Below are positions 1-9,168 of a stretch of DNA of 43,040 nt, one piece after another. A program made the position numbers and the translations under genes. The stretch's first letter is position 1. Each line of letters opens with the position of its first letter. The notes under the pieces were generated by a model that made no database searches, had not been told where the DNA came from, and saw only the letters and a list, made by a program, of their open reading frames with translations. The DNA is from Dehalococcoidia bacterium (GTDB lineage Bacteria; Chloroflexota; Dehalococcoidia; Dehalococcoidales; BS750m-G39). Where the stretch lies: the NCBI GenBank assembly GCA_011176635.1, contig DUEC01000001.1:1-43040 (forward strand), given 5' to 3'.

Positions 1-2
1 CC

Positions 3-164
3 GCGGCAGTAGCTATGGCGATGAGCCTGGTTGTTATCCTGGGGCTCCGCTTCTCCCAGAAGCGCAAGACCTTCTCTGTCATCAGCTGGTACGGCTTGGT
101 TTTAATCGGGCTCTATATTCTGGGCGCTTATGCCCTGTTCACCTCGGGCTTAGGCCTCGGCTAG
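3..164 (+). CDS. Partial membrane protein (C-terminus), probably a sodium:calcium antiporter (YrbG/CaCA family)
   Basis: Open frame from the window edge: AAVAMAMSLVVILGLRFSQKRKTFSVISWYGLVLIGLYILGAYALFTSGLGLG*, with two hydrophobic helices. Family is assigned by resemblance only. Confidence 0.5.
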   Translation, partial: AAVAMAMSLVVILGLRFSQKRKTFSVISWYGLVLIGLYILGAYALFTSGLGLG

Positions 165-191
165 AGCCTGAATTTTAAGGCGCTTTTTGCT

Positions 192-221
192 TTGACGGGC
201 TCTAGGCAGTTCGGCTATAAT
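192..221 (+). promoter_or_regulatory. Sigma70-type promoter
   Basis: TTGACG-N18-TATAAT upstream of ORF 259. Confidence 0.6.
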
Positions 222-258
222 AATTTAGCTTTCCTTGTTTTCGGTTAGGCTTAAGTAG

Positions 259-1617
259 ATGCTGATAAGCCAAATCCTTGCCGTCGCTATTTTTGTTATC
301 ATGTTTGTTGCCATCATTGTTGGCAAGGTGCACCGTTATATTCCTGCCCTGATTGGCGCCGGCCTTACCCTGACCATCGTCTTTCTGGCGACCATGAACA
401 GCCCGGAATCTATTACTAACGTTCTTAACCTGGGACAGCTGGGACAGCTTAATTTCTGGGTGCCGGGGCAGGAGCACATAGAGTCCTACGGCATAAACTG
501 GCAGACCATCGTCTTTATTGGCGGCATGATGACCATGGTGGAGGGACTGGGCGAGGTGGGCTTCTTCCGCTGGATATGTCTGCTCCTGGCCAAGATGGTC
601 AATTACAAAATCGTTCCCATTCTGATTGTCTTCATGCTGCTCTCAGGCTTCCTCTCCATGTTCATTGATAGCATCACCGTGCTTTTGTTCCTGGCTATGG
701 TTACCATTGAGCTGGCCCGCCTGCTTAAGTTCGACCCGGTGCCGGTGATAATCGCCGAGATTTTCGCCGCCAATACCGGAGGGGCGGCTACCATGTCCGG
801 TGACCCGCCCAACATAATTATCGGCACCGCCCTGGGCTACACCTTCACCGATTTCGCCGCCAACACCGGTGTAATCGCCTGGATAGGGATGCTTTTTACC
901 CTGGGCTTCTTCTACTTCGTCTTCCGCAAGAAGCTTACCTCATCTCAAGCCGGCGCGGGTACTCCTACCGCTCACTACCCCGAGCCCAGTGAAGCCATTA
1001 TCGACCGCCGCCACTTCCTGCTGAATGCGGCTATCTTCGTGGCGGTAGTAGCCTTGATAGTGACCCATGCCGAAACCGGCCTATCCATGGCCTTAATCGG
1101 TGTTATTGCCGCCCTTCTCGTTCTGCTGGCGGCCGGTAAGGGGGCGCTACATATCATTAAGAGGATAGACTGGCGCACCCTGCTCTTCTTTATCGGACTG
1201 TTTATTTGCGTCGGTGGGCTGGAGGAGACCGGGGTGTTGACCATGCTGGCCCAGTCTATCAGAGATATATCCGGCGGCAACCTGGTCCTGGTGATACCGC
1301 TTATCCTCTGGGTATCTGCCTTTGCCTCAGCCATTGTCGATAATATTCCCTTTGCCGCCACCATGGTCCCGGTAATTGTCAATCTTTCCCGGACGGCGGG
1401 GATAAGTCTACCGACAATGGCCTGGACTTTAGCCTTGGGGACGGATATTGGCGGCAATGCTACCCCCATTGGCGCCTCAGCCAATGTTGTCGGCACAGCC
1501 ATCGCCGAGAGGGAGGGCTATCCTATCAGCTGGGGGAAGTTCTGTAAATATGCTATCCCGGCTATGATTATGGTGGTCTCCCTGTGCTGGCTGTACCTGA
1601 TAGTAAGATACGCTTAA
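259..1617 (+). CDS. ArsB/NhaD/P-protein family (IT superfamily) ion permease
   Basis: 452 aa polytopic protein with motifs ANTGGAATMSGDPPNIII, SAIVDNIP and GGNATPIGASANVV. Confidence 0.85.
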   Translation: MLISQILAVAIFVIMFVAIIVGKVHRYIPALIGAGLTLTIVFLATMNSPESITNVLNLGQLGQLNFWVPGQEHIESYGINWQTIVFIGGMMTMVEGLGEVGFFRWICLLLAKMVNYKIVPILIVFMLLSGFLSMFIDSITVLLFLAMVTIELARLLKFDPVPVIIAEIFAANTGGAATMSGDPPNIIIGTALGYTFTDFAANTGVIAWIGMLFTLGFFYFVFRKKLTSSQAGAGTPTAHYPEPSEAIIDRRHFLLNAAIFVAVVALIVTHAETGLSMALIGVIAALLVLLAAGKGALHIIKRIDWRTLLFFIGLFICVGGLEETGVLTMLAQSIRDISGGNLVLVIPLILWVSAFASAIVDNIPFAATMVPVIVNLSRTAGISLPTMAWTLALGTDIGGNATPIGASANVVGTAIAEREGYPISWGKFCKYAIPAMIMVVSLCWLYLIVRYA

Positions 1618-1632
1618 AAGGGGAGGAAGAAA

Positions 1633-2502
1633 ATGTGGAAGAAAATTCTGGTCCCGCTGGACGGCTCCGACCTGGCCGAGCTGGCTCTACCCTATGCCGA
1701 GGAGTTGGCCACTGCTTTCAAGTCCGAGCTTATCCTGCTCTATGTCGGCGAGTCCTCCGAGGAGCAATACCTCAATATGCATCGGCTCTACCTGGAGAAA
1801 ATGGCCGTGCAGACGAAGAAGGCGGTCGAGAGGGTCAGCCCGGTGGTCATATCGGGCAAGCCCTCCGAGGCAATTGTCAAATACACCGAGAAAAACGACA
1901 TCAGGCTCATCGTTATGGCCTCTCACGGCCATTCGAGCATAATACCCTGGGCTAAGGGGGGCATCGCCAGCAAGGTGATTGAGGGTGTCGGCGTGCCGCT
2001 GTTGCTCATCAAGGAGACTAAAAGGCGTAAGACCAAGGAAAAGCACCTGATAAGCCGTATCCTCCTGCCCCTGGACGGCTCCGAGGCCGGCGAAGCCGCC
2101 ATAACCAGGGTCAAGGAGCTTAAATCCCGACTGGAAGCCGAGGTCATTCTGCTGGAGGTGGTGTCGGAAGGCAGGCATCTCCACACCGTTGGCGGCCTGG
2201 ACTACATTCTCTACCCCGAAACAGAACTGGAAACTTTCAAGGCGGAAGCCAGGACATACCTGGAAAAGGTCTATAAGCGGCTGTATAGGGGCAAGGGCGA
2301 GCTCAGTGTTGAAATCAAGACGGGCGAGGTCGCCAAGGAGATACTCAACTTCGCCAAGCAGAAGAGTGTCAGCCTGATTGCCATATCCAGCCACGGGCAC
2401 TCGGGCATGACCAAGTGGGTCTTCGGCAGTACCGCCCAAAAAATTATATCTGACAGCCCGATTCCGGTGCTGGTGGTAAGAGCGCCGGCGGGGGCTGCCT
2501 AG
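1633..2502 (+). CDS. Universal stress protein, tandem USP domains
   Basis: Two ILV/LPLDGS...SHGHS...GS-type repeats; GGAGG RBS. Confidence 0.92.
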   Translation: MWKKILVPLDGSDLAELALPYAEELATAFKSELILLYVGESSEEQYLNMHRLYLEKMAVQTKKAVERVSPVVISGKPSEAIVKYTEKNDIRLIVMASHGHSSIIPWAKGGIASKVIEGVGVPLLLIKETKRRKTKEKHLISRILLPLDGSEAGEAAITRVKELKSRLEAEVILLEVVSEGRHLHTVGGLDYILYPETELETFKAEARTYLEKVYKRLYRGKGELSVEIKTGEVAKEILNFAKQKSVSLIAISSHGHSGMTKWVFGSTAQKIISDSPIPVLVVRAPAGAA

Positions 2503-2551
2503 CCGATTTGCATCAGCTCTCGGTTATGGGTTATTATAAAGAGTCGTACCC

Positions 2552-2624
2552 GCCCCTGTAGCTCAGTTGGATAGAGCACCAGCCCCCGGAGCTGGGTGCG
2601 AGCGTTCGAGTCGCTCCAGGGGCA
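2552..2624 (+). tRNA. tRNA-Arg(CCG) with atypical C33
   Basis: Cloverleaf: acceptor GCCCCTG/CAGGGGC, D arm GCTC/GAGC with A20, anticodon stem CCAGC/GCTGG, loop CCCCGGA, T arm GAGCG-TTCGAGT-CGCTC. CCA not encoded. Confidence 0.9.
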
Positions 2625-2654
2625 CTTTCTGTATTAACAGGGAGACGATTTAAG

Positions 2655-3224
2655 TTGATAAGTAAGAGCCGACTCATTGAGATTAGGTGGCACGGCCGCG
2701 GCGGGCAGGGCGCCGTTACCTCCGCCGAGCTGGTGGCACAGGCAGCAATCAGCGAGGGCAAGTACGCCCAGGCCTTCCCCAGCTTCGGCCCGGAGAGGAG
2801 AGGGGCACCGGTGCTGGCTTTCGTCAGAATAGACAGCCAGCAGCCTATCAAGATAAGGGCTGAGATAGCCCAACCTGATATAGTGGTGGTGCTCGACCCC
2901 GGCCTGCTCAGCATCGTCAATGTCGCCTCGGGCTTAAAGGAAAACGGTATTGTGATAATGAACACCAAGAAGTCGTTCCAGGATGTCGGCGCTACTCTCA
3001 AGGCTAAATGCCGGCTGGCCAAGGTAGATGCCACCACCATCGCCAGGGAGGTCTTAGGCGTGCCGATTACCAATACCACCATGGTGGGAGCCCTGATTAA
3101 AGCCAGCGGCGTGGTGGAACTGGAATCGCTTGTTGAGCCACTGCAGAACCGCTTTGGCCGCCTGGCGGAAAGAAACATCAACGCCATGAAAAAAGCCTAT
3201 GAAGATACCGAGGTAAAGGAGTAG
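2655..3224 (+). CDS. porC: Pyruvate:ferredoxin oxidoreductase gamma subunit
   Basis: EIRWHGRGGQGAVT and FGPERRGAPV motifs; TTG start with GGAG RBS. Confidence 0.92.
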   Translation: MISKSRLIEIRWHGRGGQGAVTSAELVAQAAISEGKYAQAFPSFGPERRGAPVLAFVRIDSQQPIKIRAEIAQPDIVVVLDPGLLSIVNVASGLKENGIVIMNTKKSFQDVGATLKAKCRLAKVDATTIAREVLGVPITNTTMVGALIKASGVVELESLVEPLQNRFGRLAERNINAMKKAYEDTEVKE

Positions 3225-3228
3225 GGCA

Positions 3229-3522
3229 GTGACCAAGCCGGAGAGCGAGTTCACCTGGAAAGACCTGGAAATCGGCGGCATTGTTGCCGAGCCGGGGAAC
3301 GCCAGCCAGTACCAGACCGGCGACTGGAGGTCGCAGAGACCAATCCTGGATACCGATAAGTGTATAAAGTGTGGCCTTTGCTACATTTTCTGCCCTGAGG
3401 GATGCATTGAGCAGAATGCCGAAGGCTATTTTGAAGCCAATCTATTCTATTGCAAGGGGTGCGGCATCTGCGCCCGTGAGTGTTGGGTCAAGGCTATTAC
3501 CATGATACCGGAGGAAGAGTGA
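3229..3522 (+). CDS. porD: Pyruvate:ferredoxin oxidoreductase delta subunit (2x[4Fe-4S])
   Basis: TGDWR, CIKCGLCYIFCP and YCKGCGICAREC. Confidence 0.92.
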   Translation: MTKPESEFTWKDLEIGGIVAEPGNASQYQTGDWRSQRPILDTDKCIKCGLCYIFCPEGCIEQNAEGYFEANLFYCKGCGICARECWVKAITMIPEEE

Positions 3523-4697
3523 TGGCCAAAAGGGTAGGTATCGAGGTCTCGCTGGCAATCGCCGAAGCCGCCAAGCTGGCTAATACCGACGTGGTGGCGG
3601 CCTATCCCATTACTCCCCAGACCCATATCGTGGAGCACCTGGCCAAGCTGGTAGCCGACGGCGAGCTGGATGCCGCCTATATCCCCGTTGAGTCTGAGCA
3701 CTCGGCGATGAGCGCCTGCCTGGGGGCATCGGCCACCGGGGCCAGGACCTTCACCGCCACCGCCGGTCAGGGGCTGGAGCTGATGCACGAGGTGCTCTAT
3801 GTCGCCTCTTCAATGCAGTTGCCCATAGTTATGGCGGTGGCTAACCGGGCATTGTCATCACCATTGAGCGTCTGGGGCGACCACTCCGACGTTATGGCCG
3901 TCCGTGACACCGGCTGGATTCAGATATTCGTCGAGAACGGGCAGGAGGCGGTGGATAACGTCCTCTGCGCCTTCCGCATCGGCGAAGACCCCAAGGTCCT
4001 GCTGCCGGTGATGGTCCACCTCGACGGTTTTTATCTATCGCACGTAATTGAACCAGTGCTCTTCCCGGAGCAGAGCCTGGTGGATAAATTCATCCCTCCC
4101 TATAAGTACCCCATGCCGCTGCACCCGGATAAACCGGTAACGATGGGGGCTTTCGGCCCGCCGATTATCTATACCGAGACCAAGAAAGCCCAGGAAGTAA
4201 ATTTAAGGGCCTCTAAAGAGGTCATCCTGCAGTGCTGGGCCGAATTCGGCAAGACCTTTAAGCGCCATTACTCTCCCATAGAAAGCTACCGCACCGAAGG
4301 TGCCAAGGTCTTGCTTTTGACCATGGGCAGTTTCAGCGAGACGGCGATGACGGCTATAGACAGGATGAGGGAGAAGGGCAAAGAGGTGGGGCTGGTCAGG
4401 ATTCGCCTCTGGCGGCCGTTTCCTTTCGAGGAGTTTCGCCAGGCAGTCAGTAATGCCGAGACTATCGTCGTCGTAGACAGGGCGCTCTCCTTCGGCGGCC
4501 CGGTGGGTCCGGTCTGCTCAGAGGTCAGGTCGGCCCTCTATGACGAGAAGCAGAAACCCAAGGTAGTCAGCTTCGTTGCCGGACTGGGAGGCAGGGATAT
4601 TACCCCCGCTGGATTTGAAGAGATAGTCAACCGGGGTATAGAAATCTCGCAGAAGGGCAGCGAGAACGAATTTGAAATATTCGGGGTGAGAGGCTAA
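3522..4697 (+). CDS. porA: Pyruvate:ferredoxin oxidoreductase alpha subunit
   Basis: AYPITPQT, VESEHSAMS and ANRALS motifs. ATG at 3522 overlaps the porD stop. Confidence 0.93.
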   Translation: MAKRVGIEVSLAIAEAAKLANTDVVAAYPITPQTHIVEHLAKLVADGELDAAYIPVESEHSAMSACLGASATGARTFTATAGQGLELMHEVLYVASSMQLPIVMAVANRALSSPLSVWGDHSDVMAVRDTGWIQIFVENGQEAVDNVLCAFRIGEDPKVLLPVMVHLDGFYLSHVIEPVLFPEQSLVDKFIPPYKYPMPLHPDKPVTMGAFGPPIIYTETKKAQEVNLRASKEVILQCWAEFGKTFKRHYSPIESYRTEGAKVLLLTMGSFSETAMTAIDRMREKGKEVGLVRIRLWRPFPFEEFRQAVSNAETIVVVDRALSFGGPVGPVCSEVRSALYDEKQKPKVVSFVAGLGGRDITPAGFEEIVNRGIEISQKGSENEFEIFGVRG

Positions 4698-5629
4698 TGG
4701 AAAAGTATGCCGTCTACGTCCCTAAACTGGTAACCAAAAAGGAAAACTTTGCCCCCGGCCACCGGGCCTGCATCGGCTGCGGCGAGGCGCTGGCGGTAAG
4801 ACTAGCCTGCAAGGCGCTGGGGCAGAACGTCATCGTGGCTAATGCCACCGGCTGTATGGAGATAGTCTCTTCACAGCTTCCCTTTACCTCGTGGCGCGTT
4901 CCTTGGATTCACACCCTGTTTGAGAATACCGCCGCGGTGGCTTCGGGCGTAGAATCGGCGCTCAAGATGCTGATGAAGAAGGGCAGGATAGCCCAGCAGG
5001 ATATTGCGGTGGTAGCCATGGCTGGAGACGGCGGCACCAGCGATATCGGTCTCCAGGCGCTGTCCGGAGCCATGGAGAGGGGGCACAACTTCCTCTACCT
5101 CTGCTTTGACAATGAAGCCTACATGAACACCGGCATTCAGAGGTCTTCGGCTACCCCCTTCGGCGCTTCTACCACCACTTCACCGGCGGGCAAAATGAGC
5201 ATGGGGCAGTTTACCTGGAAGAAGAACATGCCGGCCATCGCCGCCGCCCATAATATCCCTTACGTGGCTACCGCCTGCCCCAGCTATCCCTTCGACCTGC
5301 TGGCTAAGGTGGAAAAGGGGGCCAAGACCCCGGGTCCCGCTTACGTCCACATCCTTTCGGTCTGTCCCACTGGCTGGAGATGCGCCACCGATTTAAGCAT
5401 CAAGATAGGGCGCCTGGCGGTAGAGACCGGCATATTCCCGCTCTACGAAATAGAAAACGGCAGGTACAAGCTAAGCCTCGACCCCCCAAAGCTCAGGCCG
5501 GTTACCGACTACATGAAGCTGCAGGGGAGGTTCCGCCACCTTTCCGAGGACTTAATAGCCAAGATTCAAAAGCGAGTGAGCGCCGAATACGCCGAAATTA
5601 AGGAGAAGGCGGTTGCCGACAAAGAGTAA
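4697..5629 (+). CDS. porB: Pyruvate:ferredoxin oxidoreductase beta subunit (TPP-binding)
   Basis: GHRACIGC, TGCME, GDG...DNEAYMNTGIQRS and CPTGW. Confidence 0.93.
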   Translation: MEKYAVYVPKLVTKKENFAPGHRACIGCGEALAVRLACKALGQNVIVANATGCMEIVSSQLPFTSWRVPWIHTLFENTAAVASGVESALKMLMKKGRIAQQDIAVVAMAGDGGTSDIGLQALSGAMERGHNFLYLCFDNEAYMNTGIQRSSATPFGASTTTSPAGKMSMGQFTWKKNMPAIAAAHNIPYVATACPSYPFDLLAKVEKGAKTPGPAYVHILSVCPTGWRCATDLSIKIGRLAVETGIFPLYEIENGRYKLSLDPPKLRPVTDYMKLQGRFRHLSEDLIAKIQKRVSAEYAEIKEKAVADKE

Positions 5630-6083
5630 GCCAGCCAAGCCGAAGGTAAAAGCGATACTGGACAGCTACCAGGGCGACCCGTCTATGCTGGTGTCCATCC
5701 TGCAGGATGTCCAGGCGGAGTACAACTACCTGCCCAAGGAAACCCTGACGCAGGTCAGCCAGGACTTAGATATACCGCTGACCCGTGTTTATAGCGTGGC
5801 CACCTTTTTCAAGGCTTTCAGCCTGAAACCGAGGGGGCGGCATATAATCAATGTCTGCCTGGGTACCGCCTGCCATGTCAGGGGAGCGGTTAGAATCCGC
5901 GACGAGATAGAGCGAGAGCTTGACATAAAACCAGGAGAGACAACCGAAGACTTTAAATTCACCCTGGAGACGGTCAACTGCGTCGGCGCCTGTGCCTTGG
6001 GGCCCATAGTCATCATTGACAGTAAGTATTCGGGGCAGATGAAGCCCGATAAAGTGAAAACCTTGCTGGAGAGTTACGACTAA
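5613..6083 (+). CDS. NuoE/HydC-like [2Fe-2S] subunit
   Basis: VATFF, CLGTACHVRG and CVGACALGP; overlaps porB by 17 nt. Confidence 0.92.
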   Translation: MPTKSKPAKPKVKAILDSYQGDPSMLVSILQDVQAEYNYLPKETLTQVSQDLDIPLTRVYSVATFFKAFSLKPRGRHIINVCLGTACHVRGAVRIRDEIERELDIKPGETTEDFKFTLETVNCVGACALGPIVIIDSKYSGQMKPDKVKTLLESYD

Positions 6084-7952
6084 ATGGCCAAGACAAAGAC
6101 TAAGCGGCTGAGCTCGCCGCAGGAGCTAGAGGCTCTAAGAGAATTAATAGTCAAGGGCAGAGACCCTAACCAGAGCTGCATCGTTATCTGCGGCGGCACC
6201 GGCTGCCTGGCTCTGGGAGCCCAGGAGGTTATTAACGCCTTCAAGCAGGAGATAGAGAAGGGTAGCTTGAAGAACAAGCTGGCTCTGAGGGTAACCGGCT
6301 GCCCTGGTTTCTGCGAGAGAGGCCCGCTGGTGGTAATCAAGCCGAAAAACATCCTCTACCAGCAGGTGAAGAGCGAGGATATTTCTGAGATAGTCTCGGC
6401 GACAGTCAAAGGCAATATTGTTGATAGACTACTCTACACCGACCCCGATACCGGGCAGAAAATAACCTATGAGCATGAGGTGCCCTTCTATAAAAAGCAA
6501 AAGCGCCTCCTCCTTGGCGACAACAGCAACATTGACCCCACCATAATTGAGGACTATCTGGCTCTGGGGGGCTATGCCACACTAAGTAAGGTCCTTTTCA
6601 AAATGTCCCCGGATAAGGTAATTGATGAGGTCAAGAAAGCGGGCTTGCGGGGGCGGGGCGGCGGTGGCTTCCCCACTGGCGTCAAGTGGGAGAGTTGCCG
6701 TCAGGCACAGGGAGACACCAGGTATGTCATCTGCAACTGCGATGAGGGAGACCCCGGCGCCTTCATGGACCGGAGCCTGATGGAGGGCAACCCCCACAGC
6801 GTCCTGGAGGGAATGCTCATCGGCGCCTATGCTATCGGCAGCCACCAGGGCTATATCTATGTCCGCAACGAATACCCGCTGGCGGTAAGAAATGCCGGGA
6901 TAGCCATCAAGCAAGCTGGAGAACTGGGGCTCCTGGGCAAGAATATACTGGGCTCTGGTTTTGACTTCAGCGTCAAGATAAGCCGGGGAGGCGGGGCTTT
7001 CGTCTGCGGCGAATCGACGGCGCTGATGGCCTCGCTGGAAGGCAAGGTGGGCGAGCCCCGGGCCAAGTATGTCCACACCGTGGAGAAGGGCCTGTGGGAA
7101 CAGCCGACCAACCTGAATAACGTTGAGACCTGGGCGAACGTCCCCCTGATAATCAAAAACGGCGCCGACTGGTACGCCAAGGTAGGCACCGAAGGCAGCA
7201 AGGGGACCAAGATTTTCTCGCTGGTGGGCAAGATAAACAATACCGGCCTGGTGGAAGTCCCCATGGGCATCACCTTAAGGGAGATTATCTACGATGTCGG
7301 CGGCGGCATCCCCGATAATAAAAAATTCAAGGCGGTGCAGACCGGCGGTCCCTCCGGCGGCTGCATCCCGGAGAGTTCGCTTGACCTGCCGGTGGACTTT
7401 GACCAGCTGACCGACGTTGGCTCGATGATGGGTTCCGGCGGCATGATTGTCATGGACGAGAACAGCTGCATGGTGGACATAGCCAAGTACTTCATCAACT
7501 TCCTTGAGGGCGAGTCCTGCGGCAAGTGCGTCCCCTGCCGCGAGGGCTTAAAGAGGATGAGCCAGATACTGACCGACATCACCGAGGGGAGGGGGAAAGA
7601 GGGAGATATTGAACTGCTGGAACGCCTGTCGGCAACCCTCGCCGATAGCTCCCTCTGCGCTCTGGGCAGCACCGCCCCCAATCCGGTATTGACCACCATA
7701 CGTTATTTCAGGGATGAGTATGAAGCCCACATTAAAGATAAGCGATGTCCCGCCGGCGTCTGCCGGGAGCTGGTTACCTATCTCATTGACGAGGAAAATT
7801 GCCCCGGCTGCGGGCTTTGCGTTAAGGCCTGCCCGGTGGAGGCGATAACCGATATGGGCAAGAAGAAGCCGGTGGTATTGGACCAGGAGAAGTGCATAAA
7901 GTGCGGCGCCTGCTACGATGTCTGCAAGCTCGGGGCGATAATAAGGAAGTAA
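6084..7952 (+). CDS. NuoF/HydB-like NAD(P)H/FMN-binding subunit, long form
   Basis: N-terminal thioredoxin-like [2Fe-2S] (CGGTGC, GCPGFC), [47 protein letters not shown]-terminal 2x[4Fe-4S]. Confidence 0.93.
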   Translation: MAKTKTKRLSSPQELEALRELIVKGRDPNQSCIVICGGTGCLALGAQEVINAFKQEIEKGSLKNKLALRVTGCPGFCERGPLVVIKPKNILYQQVKSEDISEIVSATVKGNIVDRLLYTDPDTGQKITYEHEVPFYKKQKRLLLGDNSNIDPTIIEDYLALGGYATLSKVLFKMSPDKVIDEVKKAGLRGRGGGGFPTGVKWESCRQAQGDTRYVICNCDEGDPGAFMDRSLMEGNPHSVLEGMLIGAYAIGSHQGYIYVRNEYPLAVRNAGIAIKQAGELGLLGKNILGSGFDFSVKISRGGGAFVCGESTALMASLEGKVGEPRAKYVHTVEKGLWEQPTNLNNVETWANVPLIIKNGADWYAKVGTEGSKGTKIFSLVGKINNTGLVEVPMGITLREIIYDVGGGIPDNKKFKAVQTGGPSGGCIPESSLDLPVDFDQLTDVGSMMGSGGMIVMDENSCMVDIAKYFINFLEGESCGKCVPCREGLKRMSQILTDITEGRGKEGDIELLERLSATLADSSLCALGSTAPNPVLTTIRYFRDEYEAHIKDKRCPAGVCRELVTYLIDEENCPGCGLCVKACPVEAITDMGKKKPVVLDQEKCIKCGACYDVCKLGAIIRK

Positions 7953-7964
7953 AAGCGGAGAGAA

Positions 7965-8684
7965 ATGGTTACACTGAAAATTGATGGCCGAGAGGTGCAA
8001 GCCGAAGAGGGGAAGACCATACTGGAGGTGGCCAGAGAGAATAACATCTACATACCCAGTCTCTGCTACCATGAGGAGGTAACCCCCTACGGCGCCTGCC
8101 GCCTCTGCCTGGTTGAGGTTACCGGCAACGGACGGGAAAGGCTGGTAGTCTCCTGCCTCTATGAGGTAGCGGATGGACTCAAGGTAAAGACCAACTCGGA
8201 GAGAATCGCCGCTAACCGCCAGATGATAATGGAGCTGCTCTTAGCTAGGTGCCCCAACAACCAGGCAATACAGGAGCTGGCCCGGCAGCTGGGCGTTGAA
8301 AAAACGAGCTTCAAACTGGACGATAACCAGTGCATGCTCTGCGCCTTATGCGTTCGGGTATGCCAGGAGGTTGTCGGCGTCTCTGCCATCAGCCTGGTCA
8401 ACAGGGGAGTCGACCGGGCGCTGGCTACCCCCTTCTACGAGCCTTCCGACGTCTGCATCGGCTGTGGTTCCTGCGCCTATGTCTGTCCGGTAGATGCCAT
8501 AAGGTTTGAGGATATCGGCGACACCAGGTATATCTACTGGCCCAACAATAAGATGGAGTTCAAGCTGAAGAAGTGTAAGACCTGCGGTAACTACTGGGCT
8601 CCAGAGAAAGAGCTAGAGTATATAAGAAAACAGGCAAACCTGCCCGCCGACGCCTTTGACAACTGCCCCGACTGCCGGGAATAA
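7965..8684 (+). CDS. NuoG/HydA N-terminal-like Fe-S subunit lacking a catalytic domain
   Basis: IPSLCYH..GACRLC..SC [2Fe-2S], CMLCALCVRVC, CIGCGSCAYVCP and C-terminal CKTC..CPDC. Only 239 aa; no H-cluster or molybdopterin domain. Confidence 0.85.
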   Translation: MVTLKIDGREVQAEEGKTILEVARENNIYIPSLCYHEEVTPYGACRLCLVEVTGNGRERLVVSCLYEVADGLKVKTNSERIAANRQMIMELLLARCPNNQAIQELARQLGVEKTSFKLDDNQCMLCALCVRVCQEVVGVSAISLVNRGVDRALATPFYEPSDVCIGCGSCAYVCPVDAIRFEDIGDTRYIYWPNNKMEFKLKKCKTCGNYWAPEKELEYIRKQANLPADAFDNCPDCRE

Positions 8685-8703
8685 CCCGCTCTCCATCCTC
8701 GCA

Positions 8704-8732
8704 TTGACCCCTAATCCCAGCCTTGCTATACT
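8704..8732 (+). promoter_or_regulatory. Sigma70 promoter of tRNA-Pro
   Basis: TTGACC-N17-TATACT with extended -10 TG. Confidence 0.75.
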
Positions 8733-8740
8733 CTGTGATG

Positions 8741-8816
8741 CGGGGTGTAGCGCAGGGGGTAGCGCGCATGGTTTGGGACCATGAGGTCGGCGGTTCAAAT
8801 CCGCCCACCCCGACCA
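8741..8816 (+). tRNA. tRNA-Pro(TGG)
   Basis: Acceptor CGGGGTG/CACCCCG, anticodon arm CATGG-TTTGGGA-CCATG, T loop TTCAAAT, encoded CCA. Confidence 0.96.
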
Positions 8817-8820
8817 TTAT

Positions 8821-9018
8821 TTAGTCAGCCAGTGTTACAATGGGAGCACCAGGGGTATTTTTCTTTACCGATTTAATGCCTTTTTTCGCGTTAGGCTTAG
8901 TGGTATAGCCCTGACCCGAATCGGCTATTATTCTCCCATTCCTGTGACGAAGCCGCCAGTAAAATTTCTTATCCTTCTTGCTTTTGTATAATACAAATTT
9001 TGCCTTAGATTCCGCCAT
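8821..9018 (-). CDS. DUF1508/YegP family small basic protein (65 aa)
   Basis: MAESKAKFVLYKSKKDKKFYWRLRHRNGRIIADSGQGYTTKPNAKKGIKSVK matches the F-x-W-R-L-x3-N-G-x-I-I-A-x-S-x2-Y pattern. AAGGAGG RBS fixes the start at 9018. Confidence 0.88.
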   Translation of the reverse strand: MAESKAKFVLYKSKKDKKFYWRLRHRNGRIIADSGQGYTTKPNAKKGIKSVKKNTPGAPIVTLAD

Positions 9019-9061
9019 GATGTTTCCTCCTTTTAACCCTGTTTTATATATCGGGAATTTG

Positions 9062-9090
9062 AGTCTAGCCCCCGTTTGTTTCATTGTCAA
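9062..9090 (-). promoter_or_regulatory. Sigma70 promoter of the DUF1508 gene
   Basis: TTGACA-N17-TAGACT on the minus strand. Confidence 0.65.
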
Positions 9091-9168
9091 TATCTTTGAT
9101 TTGACAGCCTGCACCTTTTCTGCTAATGAATACTGGTGTGGGCAATGCAACTGATGAGGTAAAAAACT

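Noticed and set aside
5613-8684. Calling the module an [FeFe]-hydrogenase or complex I
   Set aside because: There are no H-cluster motifs and no other nuo genes; the third subunit is only 239 aa.
8560-8817. ORFs overlapping tRNA genes (also 2534-3187, 29168-29770, 41226-41582)
   Set aside because: They are antisense translations of tRNAs and real genes, for example GFEPPTSWSQ and GIRTHDPLLRR.
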